This document shows, piece by piece, positions 1 through 12,015 of a DNA stretch of 64,000 bases (the first letter of the stretch is position 1; the number at the start of each line of letters is the position of its first letter). The stretch is from Histomonas meleagridis 2922-C6/04-290x (taxonomy: Eukaryota > Protista > Parabasalia), in assembly GCA_020184695.1 (NCBI GenBank), contig JAANOX010000017.1:434001-498000 (forward strand). Reading direction: 5' to 3'. The notes under the pieces were generated by a model, which saw only the letters and a list, made by a program, of their open reading frames with translations, searched no databases and was not told where the DNA came from. Both the position numbers and the translations under genes were made by a program.

Positions 1-554
1 TAATAAGGATCATCAAATGGAAAAAGAACAAATAATGGTGATAATTTGGTTGATCGATTATCTTTGTAGACAATTGAATAAACTCCTGATTTTTTGTGAT
101 ATTCGATTTTCAAAACATCTTCAAATGTAACTCGTGATTTATGGAATCGAAAAGCTTTTGCAGATTGATTCTTAAAATCCTTTTTTAATTTTTGAAGACA
201 TTTTTTTGGATGCAAAAGCTGAAGCGTTGTGTCATCAAAATAGTTGATATCAATAAAAGATGGGAAATTTGTATTTGTATTCCATAAATGTGGTTTTAGA
301 TCAAAATCAATTCCTCTTCTTTTCAATTCCTCAATTACATTTATTTGTTTCCCCTTGTATGGGGTCCAAAGGTAAATGGTTTCTGGAGGAATTGGCTCTA
401 TTAAAAATATTCCTAATGATTTAAAATCTGGAATGGAATGATGCAATTCTTCTGAAAAAGGATTTACATAATTACGCTTATTTACATTTGCTTTTTCTGT
501 TTCATTCTTTTTATTATCATTATCAAACGTTGAAAGGAGGAATGTTTTGTTCAT
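1..554 (-). CDS. Hypothetical protein, runs off the window edge (3' partial)
   Basis: Hand-translated from ATG at 554 (MNKTFLLSTFDNDNKK...KSGVYSIVYKDNRSTKLSPLFVLFPFDDPY), no stop before the edge; absent from the ORF track for that reason. No family recognised. Confidence 0.6.
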   Translation of the reverse strand, partial: MNKTFLLSTFDNDNKKNETEKANVNKRNYVNPFSEELHHSIPDFKSLGIFLIEPIPPETIYLWTPYKGKQINVIEELKRRGIDFDLKPHLWNTNTNFPSFIDINYFDDTTLQLLHPKKCLQKLKKDFKNQSAKAFRFHKSRVTFEDVLKIEYHKKSGVYSIVYKDNRSTKLSPLFVLFPFDDPY

Positions 555-599
555 TTTTCTTGTAACGTTTTTTTTGGCTATTTTGGACACCAAAAGAAA

Positions 600-986
600 A
601 TGGGAGAACCTTTTATAGAAATCCCAATTTACAAGAAAAATAAGAATGAATATAAACTGCGATGGGAACCAAAAGAAGAATATAACGAAGAGGGCATCCA
701 AGATTTTCTCGATGAAAGTTTTACCCAATATAAAAATTTCACAGATACGGTTTTACATGCATTTAAAACAATTATAAAGCAGTACCACTCACCATACATT
801 GAAGTTACAGCTGATGACCTTTTATCTTTTTGTAACGGTATGCCATATTTCAAGAAATTTGAAGGAGTTCGTGAAATAGTAATTTCCCCATATTATCTTA
901 AAAAAACTCAAAGGGCCCTCGATGGGTATTGCACTAAAACGAAAAACTCTACTTACCAATACCGAATTCCATCCCAGCAAGATTAA
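600..986 (+). CDS. Hypothetical protein, 128 aa
   Basis: ORF track; protein-like composition; divergent from the previous ORF with a 45-bp gap. Confidence 0.55.
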   Translation: MGEPFIEIPIYKKNKNEYKLRWEPKEEYNEEGIQDFLDESFTQYKNFTDTVLHAFKTIIKQYHSPYIEVTADDLLSFCNGMPYFKKFEGVREIVISPYYLKKTQRALDGYCTKTKNSTYQYRIPSQQD

Positions 987-1689
987 CAAAAATCTTTCCA
1001 ATTTGAAAAAAGGAAGTAAAATGCAAAAGCGTCACAAAAAAATTGTCTTTTTTTCATACATACAAATAAAAAGTAATGTAATTTTGATTTTGATGCGATC
1101 CATTTTTCTCAATCAATTATTGATATTTTAAAATTTTTACGCACATTAATCTTTAACTTAATATATTTTAAGTTGATATTCAATGGGAAAATCTATTTTT
1201 GCAAAATTATTAATTTTTCAAAGCTAAAATTTATTCATTATTTTAGTAAAATATTTCTAAGTATTTAGTAAACATCGATTTCAATGTCACTTGTGTTATG
1301 TCTTCACGCAAATATCAGATTGTTGTAATGCACTTAGTACACATTTTCGATTTTTTAAAAAAGCAAATCATTCTCATTTTATGGATTACCAGAATGAATA
1401 TGGTTTATTCTGTAAAATCAATGATAAATTTTTGAATTTTTTTGTTTTTGATTTTAAATGAAATTTTTCTTGTGAAAACACTTTTTTCTGTATCACAAAC
1501 GTAGTATTAGTCCAATATCCATTATTTGATAAAATAAAAAGTTGTTCACTTTATTTATTTAAAAAATTTAATACTGCAAATAACTTTATTCCAATATCTA
1601 AAGTAATTTTGTGTATTGCTGTATTTATTGTATCAATTCGTATTATAGAATTTTCCACATCAAAATAAAATTCAAATATTAATTAATTT

Positions 1690-2300
1690 ATTTATTTATT
1701 ATTATTTTTCTTATTTTCTTACAACATCATTTCAAATTTTTGATAATACTCCAAAGACATTTACGATTACAACTTCTAATGGTTTTTCATCATTGGTTGA
1801 GAATAGTGTTGAAGTACGCAATGTTATCATGAATATCACTGATAGAGTTTTTACGAATTTTGGAAAATGGTTTCTGTAGATTTGCGATATCAGAAATTCA
1901 GTAAAAACATTTTGTTGCATGGCATTTCATCAATGTTCAAACTATTCATTTCCTTATTATTATTTTGAATTATTAAAAATTGATAAGAAAATAACATCAA
2001 TTGGAACTGGCGTATTGATTGGGAAAAATTACAAAATGTTTTTATTGGAGAAAATGTGAAAACGATTGGTGATGAAGCACTTTCCTATTTCCGAAATAAA
2101 AAATTCTTGAGTGTATAGAATGGTGAGATTTACAATATTGCACTAAATTAATAATTTGAAATCATTTAAAAAAAAATAGTTGTATTAAATGTTGAGATAA
2201 ACATCAAATGAATATGTAAGTTGTATTGAATGGATAAATAATTTCCAAATTCTCAGAAGAATTGTCCATTGGATATGCAAAAGCAAGTGATTGATGTTTT
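1690..2300 (+). pseudogene. Degenerate BspA-like leucine-rich-repeat gene remnant
   Basis: Broken frames read AFHQCSN, IDKKITSIGTGV and LQNVFIGENVKTIGDEALSY (TpLRR/BspA-like pattern) with stops and frameshifts. Limits approximate. Confidence 0.55.
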
Positions 2301-2611
2301 GTGATGCCCAATCTGTTTTGAATTAATTTTAACGGTTAATTATCAGTCCTAGGACTGAACATTGTTGAAATTAGACTGATGCTTGAAACATTTGTTTTAT
2401 TTGTTATAAAAAATAAATAAACGTCCTGGATACTTTTTGATTTATTTACGTGACGACTTTTTGTGAAGGAGGACCTCATTGCAGCGGTTATGTAGCATTC
2501 AAAAAGTCGATTTCATCAAAAAGTGGTAATTTATGAAGTTTACGATTTATTAACGTTACAAAAAGACGATAAGTATTCAATCTGTTCCTTCAAGTTCAGC
2601 TGAACAAGCAC

Positions 2612-4480
2612 ATGCCTAATGATGATACTATCATAAACACAGGAGGTAAAAATTTGAGTCGTTTATCAACCTGCTTAAAATTTCTAACTGAGCTTGAGAA
2701 AACTATATTCGGTTTAACCGAAGAAAACTTCCAGACATCAGCTAAAAAAGTATTGGGATTTTTTGATTCAAATTTTCCAGAGACATTTAATATTATTATA
2801 TGTAACATAGTTTATAAAGCAATTTCATCACGAAAGCATGTCTTCGATATTTACTTAAATTTTTTAAAAACACTTCAAACAAAAGAAGAAGAAATTAATC
2901 AAAATATCATTAAAATAATTTCAATTTTTATCAAACGTATATCTACGACGAACACACAAGAATCATATTATTTACTCGAGAAACTAATTGAACAAAATTT
3001 AATTGATAAAAATATTACCAAAAATATTCATTCAAAATATTTTTCTCATTATAAAGCAAAAGAAGAAAATCAAAATCAAACACACATAGCATTTGGGCTT
3101 AATAGAAATGATCCAATAGAAAAATACTTTTTAGATCATTATGAAGAACTATCAAAGAATGATTTTTCACTTCATAAGCAATTAATTGAAGAAGGAGTTA
3201 ATCCAAAAGAAATTGCAAAAATCATTCGAAATGATGAAATAGAAAAACTTCAAGAAATGTCATCACAAACAAATTTTAATTTTAATCAAACAATTGAACC
3301 ATCACTTTATGAAAGATGTTCATTTATTAATCAAAATAATGTTACATTAATTGATTATGCAGCATTTTTTGGATCAGTTAAATGTGTTTTTGTATTCAAA
3401 AAGATAATTATGAAATTTTAACATTTTTAGAAGAAAAAGGAATTGATGTTAGTGCTGATAATATAAATGAATCAGCAAGAAATGGAAATTTATATCTTGT
3501 TAAATGTTTCCTTCAAAATAATCGAATTCCAAAAAATATTTTGCCATTTTCATCAAAATCAGGAAATGTTGAACTTGTGAAATATATTTTAGATAAAGAA
3601 GGAATTGATGTTAATTCTAGAATTATCCATTTTAATGATTTGGAATATGTTTTAATAATTTGATATATGTTTTAATAATTTGATATATGTTTTAATAATT
3701 TTATATATGTTTTAATAATTTGTAATATGTTTTAATAATTTAGAATATGTTTTAATAATTTGGAATATGTTTTAATAATTTGAAATATGTTTTAATAATT
3801 TGATATATGTTTTAATAATTTGAAACAGCACTTCATATAGCAGTTAAAAATAATAATATAGAAATAGTAAAATTACTTTTAGATAAAGGAATTGATGTTA
3901 ATGCAAAAACTATTCATTTGAATAATTTAAAATGTGTTTTAATAATTTGATATATGTTTTAATAATTTTATATATGTTTTAATAATTTGTAATATGTTTT
4001 AATAATTTGAAATATGTTTTAATAATTTGAAACAGCACTTCATATAGCAGTCAGAAATAATAATATAGAAATCGTAAAATTACTTTTAGATAAAGAAGGA
4101 ATTGATGTTAATGCAACAAATATTCATTTTAATAATTTTATATATGTTTTAATAATTTGAAATATGTTTTAATAATTTTATATATGTTTTAATAATTTTA
4201 TATATGTTTTAATAATTTAAAATATGTTTTAATAATTTGAAACAGCACTTCATATAGCAGTTAGAAATAATAATATAGAAATCGTAAAATTACTTTTAGA
4301 TAAAGAAGGAATTGATGTTAATGCAAAAAATATTCATATGAATAATTTGGAATATGTTTTAATAATTTGTAATATGTTTTAATAATTTGGGATTTATTTT
4401 AATAATATTTTACTGCAATTCAAATTGCACAACAAAACAGTTACACAGAAATCGTAAATTTACTTCGTGAAAAAATATAA
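2612..4480 (+). pseudogene. DUF3447-ankyrin gene A (17-nt-interrupted loops); about 240-bp internal deletion with frameshift relative to gene B
   Basis: DUF3447-type motif ERCSFINQNNVTLIDYAAFFGSVKC; ankyrin cores ETALHIAV..NNIEIVKLLLDKEGIDVNA; deletion junction near 3385; final repeat ends TAA at 4478-4480. Confidence 0.85.
3625..4408 (+). repeat. Four arrays of 20-nt modules (17-nt ATATGTTTTAATAATTT + variable triplet) in the ankyrin loops of gene A
   Basis: 10, 6, 6 and 4 spacers at 3625-3821, 3912-4028, 4122-4238 and 4332-4408; each array starts after the GIDVNAKx codons and ends before gaa-aca-gca-ctt or ttt-act-gca-att. Confidence 0.95.
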
Positions 4481-5732
4481 ACAAAAATTCTCAATCAAAA
4501 TCTTCTTCATCTTCAATAATGAATGGAAATGAAGTATATATTCTAATAATCAAAATCAACTCGAAGATCAAATGTTGGCAAAAAACAATCGAAAGAAAAG
4601 TATCAAAACAAATTTGATATAAACATACAAACATATGATAATCATCAAATTCACGATATTCATTATAACATTTTACCTAATACCAAATATAATCATAAAT
4701 CAAAATATAAATACATAAATACGATAATAATATAAAAAACAATATAAGAAAAAATCCGACAAGAAAAGTATTGGCAACAACATGACAAAGATCATGCATG
4801 AGTTTTTTTTATAATGAACGCTTTAACTATTAAATTAAACTAAATTGATAATTTTGGCTAATCTTTTTCGCCATGATCGGCAAATTCAAAAAGTGAAAAT
4901 TGAGATAAAAGTTCTATTTTAACGGTTATAAAAACCTGAATTATCTTGAAGGAAATAAGTGAAAGTAAAGGTGCATCTCTTATTAACTAATGCAAAAAAT
5001 TAAATAATTGGTTCATTCAATTAAATAATGATTATGTGATGATTCATTAAGAATAATAATGTTAAATATTTGATTTATTAGGTGGAATGTGTGGATGGAT
5101 TGTTCCAAACAAAACGAATGCGTTTTTGATACTTTTCTTTTATTGTTCTTTTTGTTTCAATTTTCTCTTCTTCATATGTTCTGCTATTTCATTCAGTCCA
5201 TATGATTCATCACTTTCTTGTCATCATTTTTCACTTTTAATTTTTCTTCGGCACTTCTTTCAAAATACATGTTACATCTTTTGTCGAATTCGACGTTCTT
5301 TATCTAAATTCTTTATTTGTTTCATTATTTACAGTACAATTTCACGTAGATCATTTAAATCATGTGCATCTTCTTCATATCCATTTCGATGTCACTTTTA
5401 TCGAAACTTTGCGTTTCATCTGTTTTATTATTTCCACATCTTAAATTTTCATTAACTCCTTTACGTGCATTATGTAAAAGTCTTTCTTCATTAAGTTGGA
5501 AATATTATGTAACTTTCTATATACAAAGCATTGATGTACATTTATTTATTAATTTATGACCTTTGTCTTTAATTTCCCAATTTGTCTTTTTACTAAAGCC
5601 AATTCCAAAGTATTATCATATTACCAACTTGGGAAGATTAAACAAATTTCGGTGGTCGAGAAATTAATATTTTCAAAAATTTCAACGCACGATGAAAAAA
5701 TTTAGGATCTCGGATTAGAATCAGCATCATTA

Positions 5733-6241
5733 ATGGGCAGCAAAATACACCAAAAGCAAACAACAACAACAAATCAGAAATCTCAAAACGAATGGGAAAC
5801 ATTTACAACGCTCAAAGACAAAATTTTTGGTTACCTATTTAAATATATGTAATTTTGCTCAATCATCATATTTTATTATCAGCAAATTTTGTAAAGAATA
5901 TCCAACGTCTTATGATATCATTAAAAGCACAATGATATATATACATCTTTTCTGATTAATAGTAATAATTTTAATATATATTTGAGGTTATTACAAGAAA
6001 TTGAAAACTATGAAGAAAATAATAAAATCAACTCAAAAATAATAAATTTATTTTCTCAATTTCTACTTAAAGAAAACACATAAGAATCATTTTTTTTATT
6101 TATTTTAATCAAACAATTGAACCATCACTTTATGAAAGATGTTCATTTATTAATCAAAATAATGTTACATTAATTGATTATGCAGCATTTTTTGGATCAG
6201 TTAAATGTTTTAAATATTTACTTATTAATAATGCAAAAATT
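5733..6241 (+). pseudogene. Truncated second DUF3447-family paralog (copy 1)
   Basis: ATG 5733, early stops, then the QTIEPSLYERCSF...FFGSVKCFKYLLINNAK segment; cut at the duplication breakpoint. Confidence 0.7.
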
Positions 6242-6253
6242 GTGTAAAAAAGG

Positions 6254-6362
6254 CGGGGAATTTCCAGGGGTTTTTGGAAATGTGATATAAAAAATCGTCC
6301 TGACCATTCATCAACAAATGTTGAAGCAACAAATGTTGAAGCAACAAATGTTGAATTCCCCG
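6254..6362. repeat. Small inverted-repeat-bounded element with three 15-bp palindromic units
   Basis: CGGGGAATT (6254) ... AATTCCCCG (6362); CAACAAATGTTGAAG x3 at 6312-6355. Confidence 0.6.
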
Positions 6363-6879
6363 GGGTGTTATATATTTTCGTTTTTAATCTCAACTTTCAG
6401 TGCAACTCATTAAATCATTTGGTCTCTATCATTTGTGATTTCGTACACCTAATTTATACATACATATATTTTATCATTTTATCCATCACATTTAGGCTTT
6501 CATATACACACATAGTTTCATCATTTAATAATTACTATCTCATTTTATCTCTATCTTTCAAACATCTGTGATTCACTTAATCATTTTTTGCATTTTTGTC
6601 TATTTTGTTTATTTTTTAGTATGCATATAATAGGTTTTGTGTTTTTAAAAATTTAGTTATATGTATTTGTGGTTTGACTTTCTTGATTTATTACTTCAGT
6701 TCTTGAATATAAATCCAATGATTTTTCATTCATTCGATTCTATCGTTGGAAATGCATCCAGTTTATTAAAAATTATCTTTTGCTAAAATGTACATTCTTT
6801 TTCCCATCCAATATTATTTTGCTGTTATTCTTTCAACATATATGTGAATTTAAATATTTTATAATGTAATTTAAAATAC

Positions 6880-7053
6880 AATAATGAATGGAAATGAAGT
6901 ATATATTCTAATAAACATACAAACATATGATAAACAACAAATTATGGAAATGAAGTATAACATTTTACCTAATATCAAATATAATCACAAATCAAAATAT
7001 AAATACATAAATACAATAATATTATAAAATGCATTATAAGATCATGCATGAGT
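6880..7053 (+). repeat. Third, rearranged partial copy of the gene A/B 3' flank
   Basis: Blocks AATAATGAATGGAAATGAAGTATATATTCTAATAA, AAACATACAAACATATGATAA, TATAACATTTTACCTAATA and AAGATCATGCATGAGT also occur at about 4516-4803. Confidence 0.75.
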
Positions 7054-7317
7054 ATTACTTTTTTTTGACATTTTAATTTGAATAGTTTTAACAAAAGCAA
7101 ATTGTCGCTATTTTCTTATTGAGTGACAAATGATTTTTTTGAATATATATATATATATATATCCCGCCCTATTTCGATCAAAAGCGCTTTTAGAAAATAT
7201 TTTTTTACCGGTTTTTGTAACCAGTTTTAAACTTTTTCGTAAACGTCTCGAAAATGACGGAATAAATAAAAAATAACTTTTGATATAATACATCATAATT
7301 TTATTAATAAAAATATA

Positions 7318-10300
7318 TTATATATATTGATTCAACTTCTCTTTCAGTGTATTAAAACCAGATTCCAGTTCTTGCTGCAGTGGCACAAAATCAGTATGCT
7401 CGCATACCCATTTCGCATGCATTTTCAATCCTTTTTCATTCACTTCCAAAAACTCATGAAAAGCAGCTTTTAACTTTTCCACGTATTTATCATTTTCATT
7501 TTTCTTTTCCAAAAACTTTGTTCGTTCCGAATTTTTATCTTTTTTCAAGAACACTTCAGCCATTTTCGAAGGTCCCTCATTAACTTGTACTAATAAAGAC
7601 CCATGAATTAATTGTTGAATTTGTTGTACATCATTTCTTTCGATAGCATTTCTTAACATTGTAATTCTTTCTCTAAGCTGCCGATAGGACACTCTTATCG
7701 GCTGTATTACGGTTGTTCTGATTTTCTCTGAATCTATTTTCTGAGTTTTGAGGACATATGGCATTTTAAATTTCAATGGGATGATCGTTTTCAATAGCAT
7801 TTGCTGTTCAATATTTCCTTGATTTTTGTTAGATTCGCCTTGAATAAACGGCGTATCGTAGCTAAAGTATGACAAATTATGACATTGTTCAAACAGAGTA
7901 TGTCTTTTTTTCTGTTCTTCTTTCTTCAAGTAAGGATTTATGAAAGTAATTTGGATATAACCTTTTGAAGGATTTAATTTTTCGATGTTTACTGTACTAC
8001 TTTCTTTAATTAATTCGATATTTTCTTCGCCGAATTTTAATGAGTATAAATTTTTGATTCTTGAAGAAAACTCGTATAAATGTGTTAACTTTTTCTCTCT
8101 ATAAACAAATGTTTGATTATTATTCTTCTTAAATATTTCACCGAAAAACGTAACTTTGAAATAATGACCAAAAAGTCGATCTTCATTTGTTGGTATTAGT
8201 GATAATGAGTTTAATACTTCTGATTCGGTCAAAATTATTTCTCGTAAAGTATTAAACGAACGATATTTTTCCAACAAAGGCCATAAATGGTCAATTAAAA
8301 ACAATGCGATTTCATAAATTCCAGTGTCACGACAACGATTAATAATTTTAGTTAATAAGTTAACTAATGAATATATGTTAAACATTTGAGAATCACAAAA
8401 ACAATTTATGTTTGGGATGTCATTCCATATAATATCAGGACAAATTGCATCATTCGAAATCACTGAACAAATGTCTTTAAATTGTAATGCTGTATGTTTA
8501 TCATATTTCCATAATTCGCCTTTAAGTTTCTTTAATCGAACTAAATACTCAAAAATGATTGATGCTTGAAGTATTAATACTTGAATTTCTTCTTCATAGT
8601 ATTCATTGCTTTGATGATATTGTGCAAGTTCTGTTAAACATTCGAGTTGTGAATCGGGAGATGTTTTTAATATGAAACTTTTCTTGTATAATAAATATGC
8701 GTATTTTTCAGATGTTAAATTTTCTTCATTTAATTTGTTTAAGATTTTATATATTTTTTCACATTGTTTTTTGACGTTTTTGTTTGTGATTAATAATAAA
8801 TTTTGGAAATTTTCATGATGAAATAATGATAATGTACGTGAAAAAATAATATTACATCGATTATTGTTTTTATATAATTTATAATCAGTTTCAAATAATT
8901 GATTAATGAATTTATTACTTTCAGGTTCATATTTAAGTTGTTGAATTAAAACAAATAGAATTTTAGGTAATACGGGACAACATTGTGTAAATAATAAATC
9001 AATTCGTGACTTAGCTATATCACATAATAAATTAATTATAGGATATATACAATCTATAGATGTATTAATACTTAATAAATGATAAATTATTTTTGTGATT
9101 TGTGAAAAATGACTTAATTCGGGATTCAATGGATTATAGAAAAGTGTATTTTGTAAATTTTTTTCAATTTTATTAATTTCATTTAATATATTTAAAATAT
9201 GTATAATACTTAAATGAGTTGAATAAAATATTTCGTTTTTAACTTTTTCTTTGGTGAAATCAGAAGTAATATTATTATTAGAAGCAGAATAACGATATTT
9301 AACAATAAAAGAACGTGAGTTATTTAAAGAATTTCTTTTATTTAAATTCATGAATGAATTTTCGATATCTTTAAAGTTAATACTTGAATGCAATGAATTT
9401 CCTTCTTTGTTATTTTTAGGTTTCAATCTAATTTTATCTAATAAAAAATTTAATGAATTAAAGAATTCTTTTTTATTAGCATTTTCCCACCATTTCTTAA
9501 ATGAGTTTATATCAATATGTAAAATAATATAACAAAAGAATATTAATATTTGTTTATTCTCATTATTATTAATGAAAGGTATTATCGAAATTGGATTTAA
9601 TGAAGTTAATACATCAATTAAATTATCACAAATTATTTTTGTTATTTCTTTATCTGTTTCAAATGTCGAACAAATACATAACAAAACATTAAAAATCTTT
9701 TGAAGTGGCATTGACACCGAATTATCTTCATTAATTGTCGAACGTTTTGTTATGTTTAAAATAATTTCTTTTATTAATGGATTAAATAACATATTACTCA
9801 CAAATAATTTCGGATGTAATACATTCGTTAAGAAATCAATGATTACAATATGTTCATTTGGTGTTTCACCAAATGCGTTTATATATAAAAATATACATTT
9901 TAATGATAATGAATAAAATCCAATATCGAATAATAACAATATGAATTTAGCATAAGATTCCGTAGCTTTTTTAGCATATATTAAACCAGTTCTACATAAT
10001 GGTATTATAGATTTATCCCAAATGTTTATAAATTCCATTAAATCATTTGAAAAGTTTTTATCTTTTGTAATTATTATCGATTTAATAATCAACAAAAAGA
10101 AAAACTCAGTATAATATAAGTCATATCTTTCAGAACTATTAACTTCATGTGATGTTTCTATTTGTTGAATCCAACCTTTAAATATCGAATGATGAAATTC
10201 AACTTTATGATCTTTCGGATTAATTAATGAATAATAATTAACGAAACTTAATAAAAATTGTTCGAAATCGGAATAAATTGGAATAACTTTTGTAGTTATG

Positions 10301-12015
10301 ATTAAAAATGAGTTAAACACTTCAAATGGATATTTAATTATATTCGATAACAATAAATCAATTATTTGGAATAAGTTTTGTGTTATTATTTCAGGTTGAA
10401 TTCTTTCGAATATATTAAAATCGATTTCTTCATTAGAATTTGTGAAAAACTTATTTAAAAATCCACTGTTAACTACAAGTGAACTATCAAAGTTAACATT
10501 AAAATATATTTTACTTAAATTTGATTCATTATTACCATTATTAATGATATTATTATTAAACTCAATGTTTGAATTATAAAATCCATTCTTTAGAAACTTT
10601 CCTTCTTCATTAAATAAAGGTATTGATGATGTACCTATTAATTGTGGTACAGTTTTCTCATTATTAATATCTTTCGGAAATGGAATAGTATAAAAATCAA
10701 AAACTATAAATGAATTAACTTCAATTAATGGTGGTATAAATATGTTAAATACATTGTTAAAGATTGGATGTTTAATATTAAATGAACAAATTGTTTTCGA
10801 TGTTTCATTTAATTCTTTTTTATATGTGTCATGAATGATTTTAAGCTTGTTCTTGTTTACTTGATATGATACTTCAACATATACATTTTTTATTTGATTG
10901 TTTGGTATTTTTAACTTCGCTTCATAAATTGTTAAATATAATGAATGACGAAATCGTAATGATGGCTCATTATCAATTGGTAATAATGATGGTAAAAAAG
11001 TAAATCCATCATTAATAAGCGTATACTGGTTAATGACATTCTTTATACTTGATTTAATCTTGATTTTGATGTTAAATGTCATGTTCTTATTAGATGTTGA
11101 ATTCTTAATATACGAATCTAATTGGTCAAAATTAAAAGAATCATTTAGAGCTATTGGTGTTGGTAAACTTAACCCGTCTGGTGATGCTACAATGTCTAAA
11201 ATCGGCGCATAAGTCCATGCAAAAACCGAAAAAGTGTCACTGTTATGAGGCCAAGAAAATTTTAATGATTTAAGAGCCTCATTTGTGTTAGTGTTGTTAC
11301 TCTTTTCATAATAAGAATTACATGCTGTTCCATTCTTTGGTTGCGTAACACGTTTTAGGAAAACAACAAGATAACATGTCTTATTTATTGTTCGATAATG
11401 AAAAGCAGCTTTATGATTAGGAAAAACTTTGAGACTTTGACTTTCAAAAAATGGAATGGTTTGGTTTGGTATGAAATTCCATGGATGAGTTAAAATTTTT
11501 CCATCGGAGATAATAAATGAAGAACATAATATTGGTTCAATAAAATTGAAACCTGTTTCAAACTCTACAAGATCAGCTGTAAAAATTTGCATGTCTTTAA
11601 GTTTGAGTCGTTCAGGTACATCAAAAGTGGTATTTTGTTTTAATAATTCTTTATCGCCAGATATATAACTTATTGCTGGGAAACAATTTGATGTATCATG
11701 ATTTGCATGATCTGATTTTTCGTTGAAACTCGTCTTTGTGATCACTGCTGGTAATTGAGGAAATTGAATTGGTTGATTTTCATTCGAAGAAAACGTAAGA
11801 GAAACACAATCATCTGAAAAAAGATGAACAATTTCGTTGTCTGTGTAATAATTTGAATTGAGAAATTCTTCAACATTTGGAAGATTTAATGGATTTGATT
11901 CATTTTTAACTCCTTCAATAATTGGAATATTCCATGATAGTTTCTTTGATGATGGGTTGTTTTGAAGCCAATCTGATATTTCTGTGTCTATCTTGTTGTT
12001 GTCTTGGCTTTCCAT
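7318..12015 (-). CDS. DOCK-family guanine nucleotide exchange factor (C2/DHR-1 plus DHR-2)
   Basis: 1565-aa ORF; DHR-2 motifs YFKVTFFG...FVYRE, GYIQITFINPY, FSYDTPF, QQLIHGSLLVQVNEGPSKMAEVFL; C2-like segment IVFDFYTI...LIGTSSIPL. Confidence 0.92.
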   Translation of the reverse strand: MESQDNNKIDTEISDWLQNNPSSKKLSWNIPIIEGVKNESNPLNLPNVEEFLNSNYYTDNEIVHLFSDDCVSLTFSSNENQPIQFPQLPAVITKTSFNEKSDHANHDTSNCFPAISYISGDKELLKQNTTFDVPERLKLKDMQIFTADLVEFETGFNFIEPILCSSFIISDGKILTHPWNFIPNQTIPFFESQSLKVFPNHKAAFHYRTINKTCYLVVFLKRVTQPKNGTACNSYYEKSNNTNTNEALKSLKFSWPHNSDTFSVFAWTYAPILDIVASPDGLSLPTPIALNDSFNFDQLDSYIKNSTSNKNMTFNIKIKIKSSIKNVINQYTLINDGFTFLPSLLPIDNEPSLRFRHSLYLTIYEAKLKIPNNQIKNVYVEVSYQVNKNKLKIIHDTYKKELNETSKTICSFNIKHPIFNNVFNIFIPPLIEVNSFIVFDFYTIPFPKDINNEKTVPQLIGTSSIPLFNEEGKFLKNGFYNSNIEFNNNIINNGNNESNLSKIYFNVNFDSSLVVNSGFLNKFFTNSNEEIDFNIFERIQPEIITQNLFQIIDLLLSNIIKYPFEVFNSFLIITTKVIPIYSDFEQFLLSFVNYYSLINPKDHKVEFHHSIFKGWIQQIETSHEVNSSERYDLYYTEFFFLLIIKSIIITKDKNFSNDLMEFINIWDKSIIPLCRTGLIYAKKATESYAKFILLLFDIGFYSLSLKCIFLYINAFGETPNEHIVIIDFLTNVLHPKLFVSNMLFNPLIKEIILNITKRSTINEDNSVSMPLQKIFNVLLCICSTFETDKEITKIICDNLIDVLTSLNPISIIPFINNNENKQILIFFCYIILHIDINSFKKWWENANKKEFFNSLNFLLDKIRLKPKNNKEGNSLHSSINFKDIENSFMNLNKRNSLNNSRSFIVKYRYSASNNNITSDFTKEKVKNEIFYSTHLSIIHILNILNEINKIEKNLQNTLFYNPLNPELSHFSQITKIIYHLLSINTSIDCIYPIINLLCDIAKSRIDLLFTQCCPVLPKILFVLIQQLKYEPESNKFINQLFETDYKLYKNNNRCNIIFSRTLSLFHHENFQNLLLITNKNVKKQCEKIYKILNKLNEENLTSEKYAYLLYKKSFILKTSPDSQLECLTELAQYHQSNEYYEEEIQVLILQASIIFEYLVRLKKLKGELWKYDKHTALQFKDICSVISNDAICPDIIWNDIPNINCFCDSQMFNIYSLVNLLTKIINRCRDTGIYEIALFLIDHLWPLLEKYRSFNTLREIILTESEVLNSLSLIPTNEDRLFGHYFKVTFFGEIFKKNNNQTFVYREKKLTHLYEFSSRIKNLYSLKFGEENIELIKESSTVNIEKLNPSKGYIQITFINPYLKKEEQKKRHTLFEQCHNLSYFSYDTPFIQGESNKNQGNIEQQMLLKTIIPLKFKMPYVLKTQKIDSEKIRTTVIQPIRVSYRQLRERITMLRNAIERNDVQQIQQLIHGSLLVQVNEGPSKMAEVFLKKDKNSERTKFLEKKNENDKYVEKLKAAFHEFLEVNEKGLKMHAKWVCEHTDFVPLQQELESGFNTLKEKLNQYI

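Larger units (their letters stand above)
2479..6241 (+). repeat. Inverted segmental duplication, copy 1 (partner about 13532-18370)
   Basis: Near-identical to the reverse complement of 13532-18370 from TTGCAGCGGTTATGTAG onward; identical ORF-track translations on opposite strands. Copy 1 has internal deletions. Confidence 0.95.

Noticed and set aside
3645-3830. Stop-codon reassignment (TAA read as an amino acid) to read through the arrays
   Set aside because: Ordinary genes in the window end in TAA, and the 77-nt blocks shift frame regardless.
5087-5559. Track ORFs 5087-5455 and 5362-5559 and their mirror copies at 14475-14949
   Set aside because: Phe/Ser-rich antisense shadows of a degenerate charged sequence; no credible protein.
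7143-7162. (AT)n microsatellite downstream of DOCK
   Set aside because: Ordinary simple repeat.
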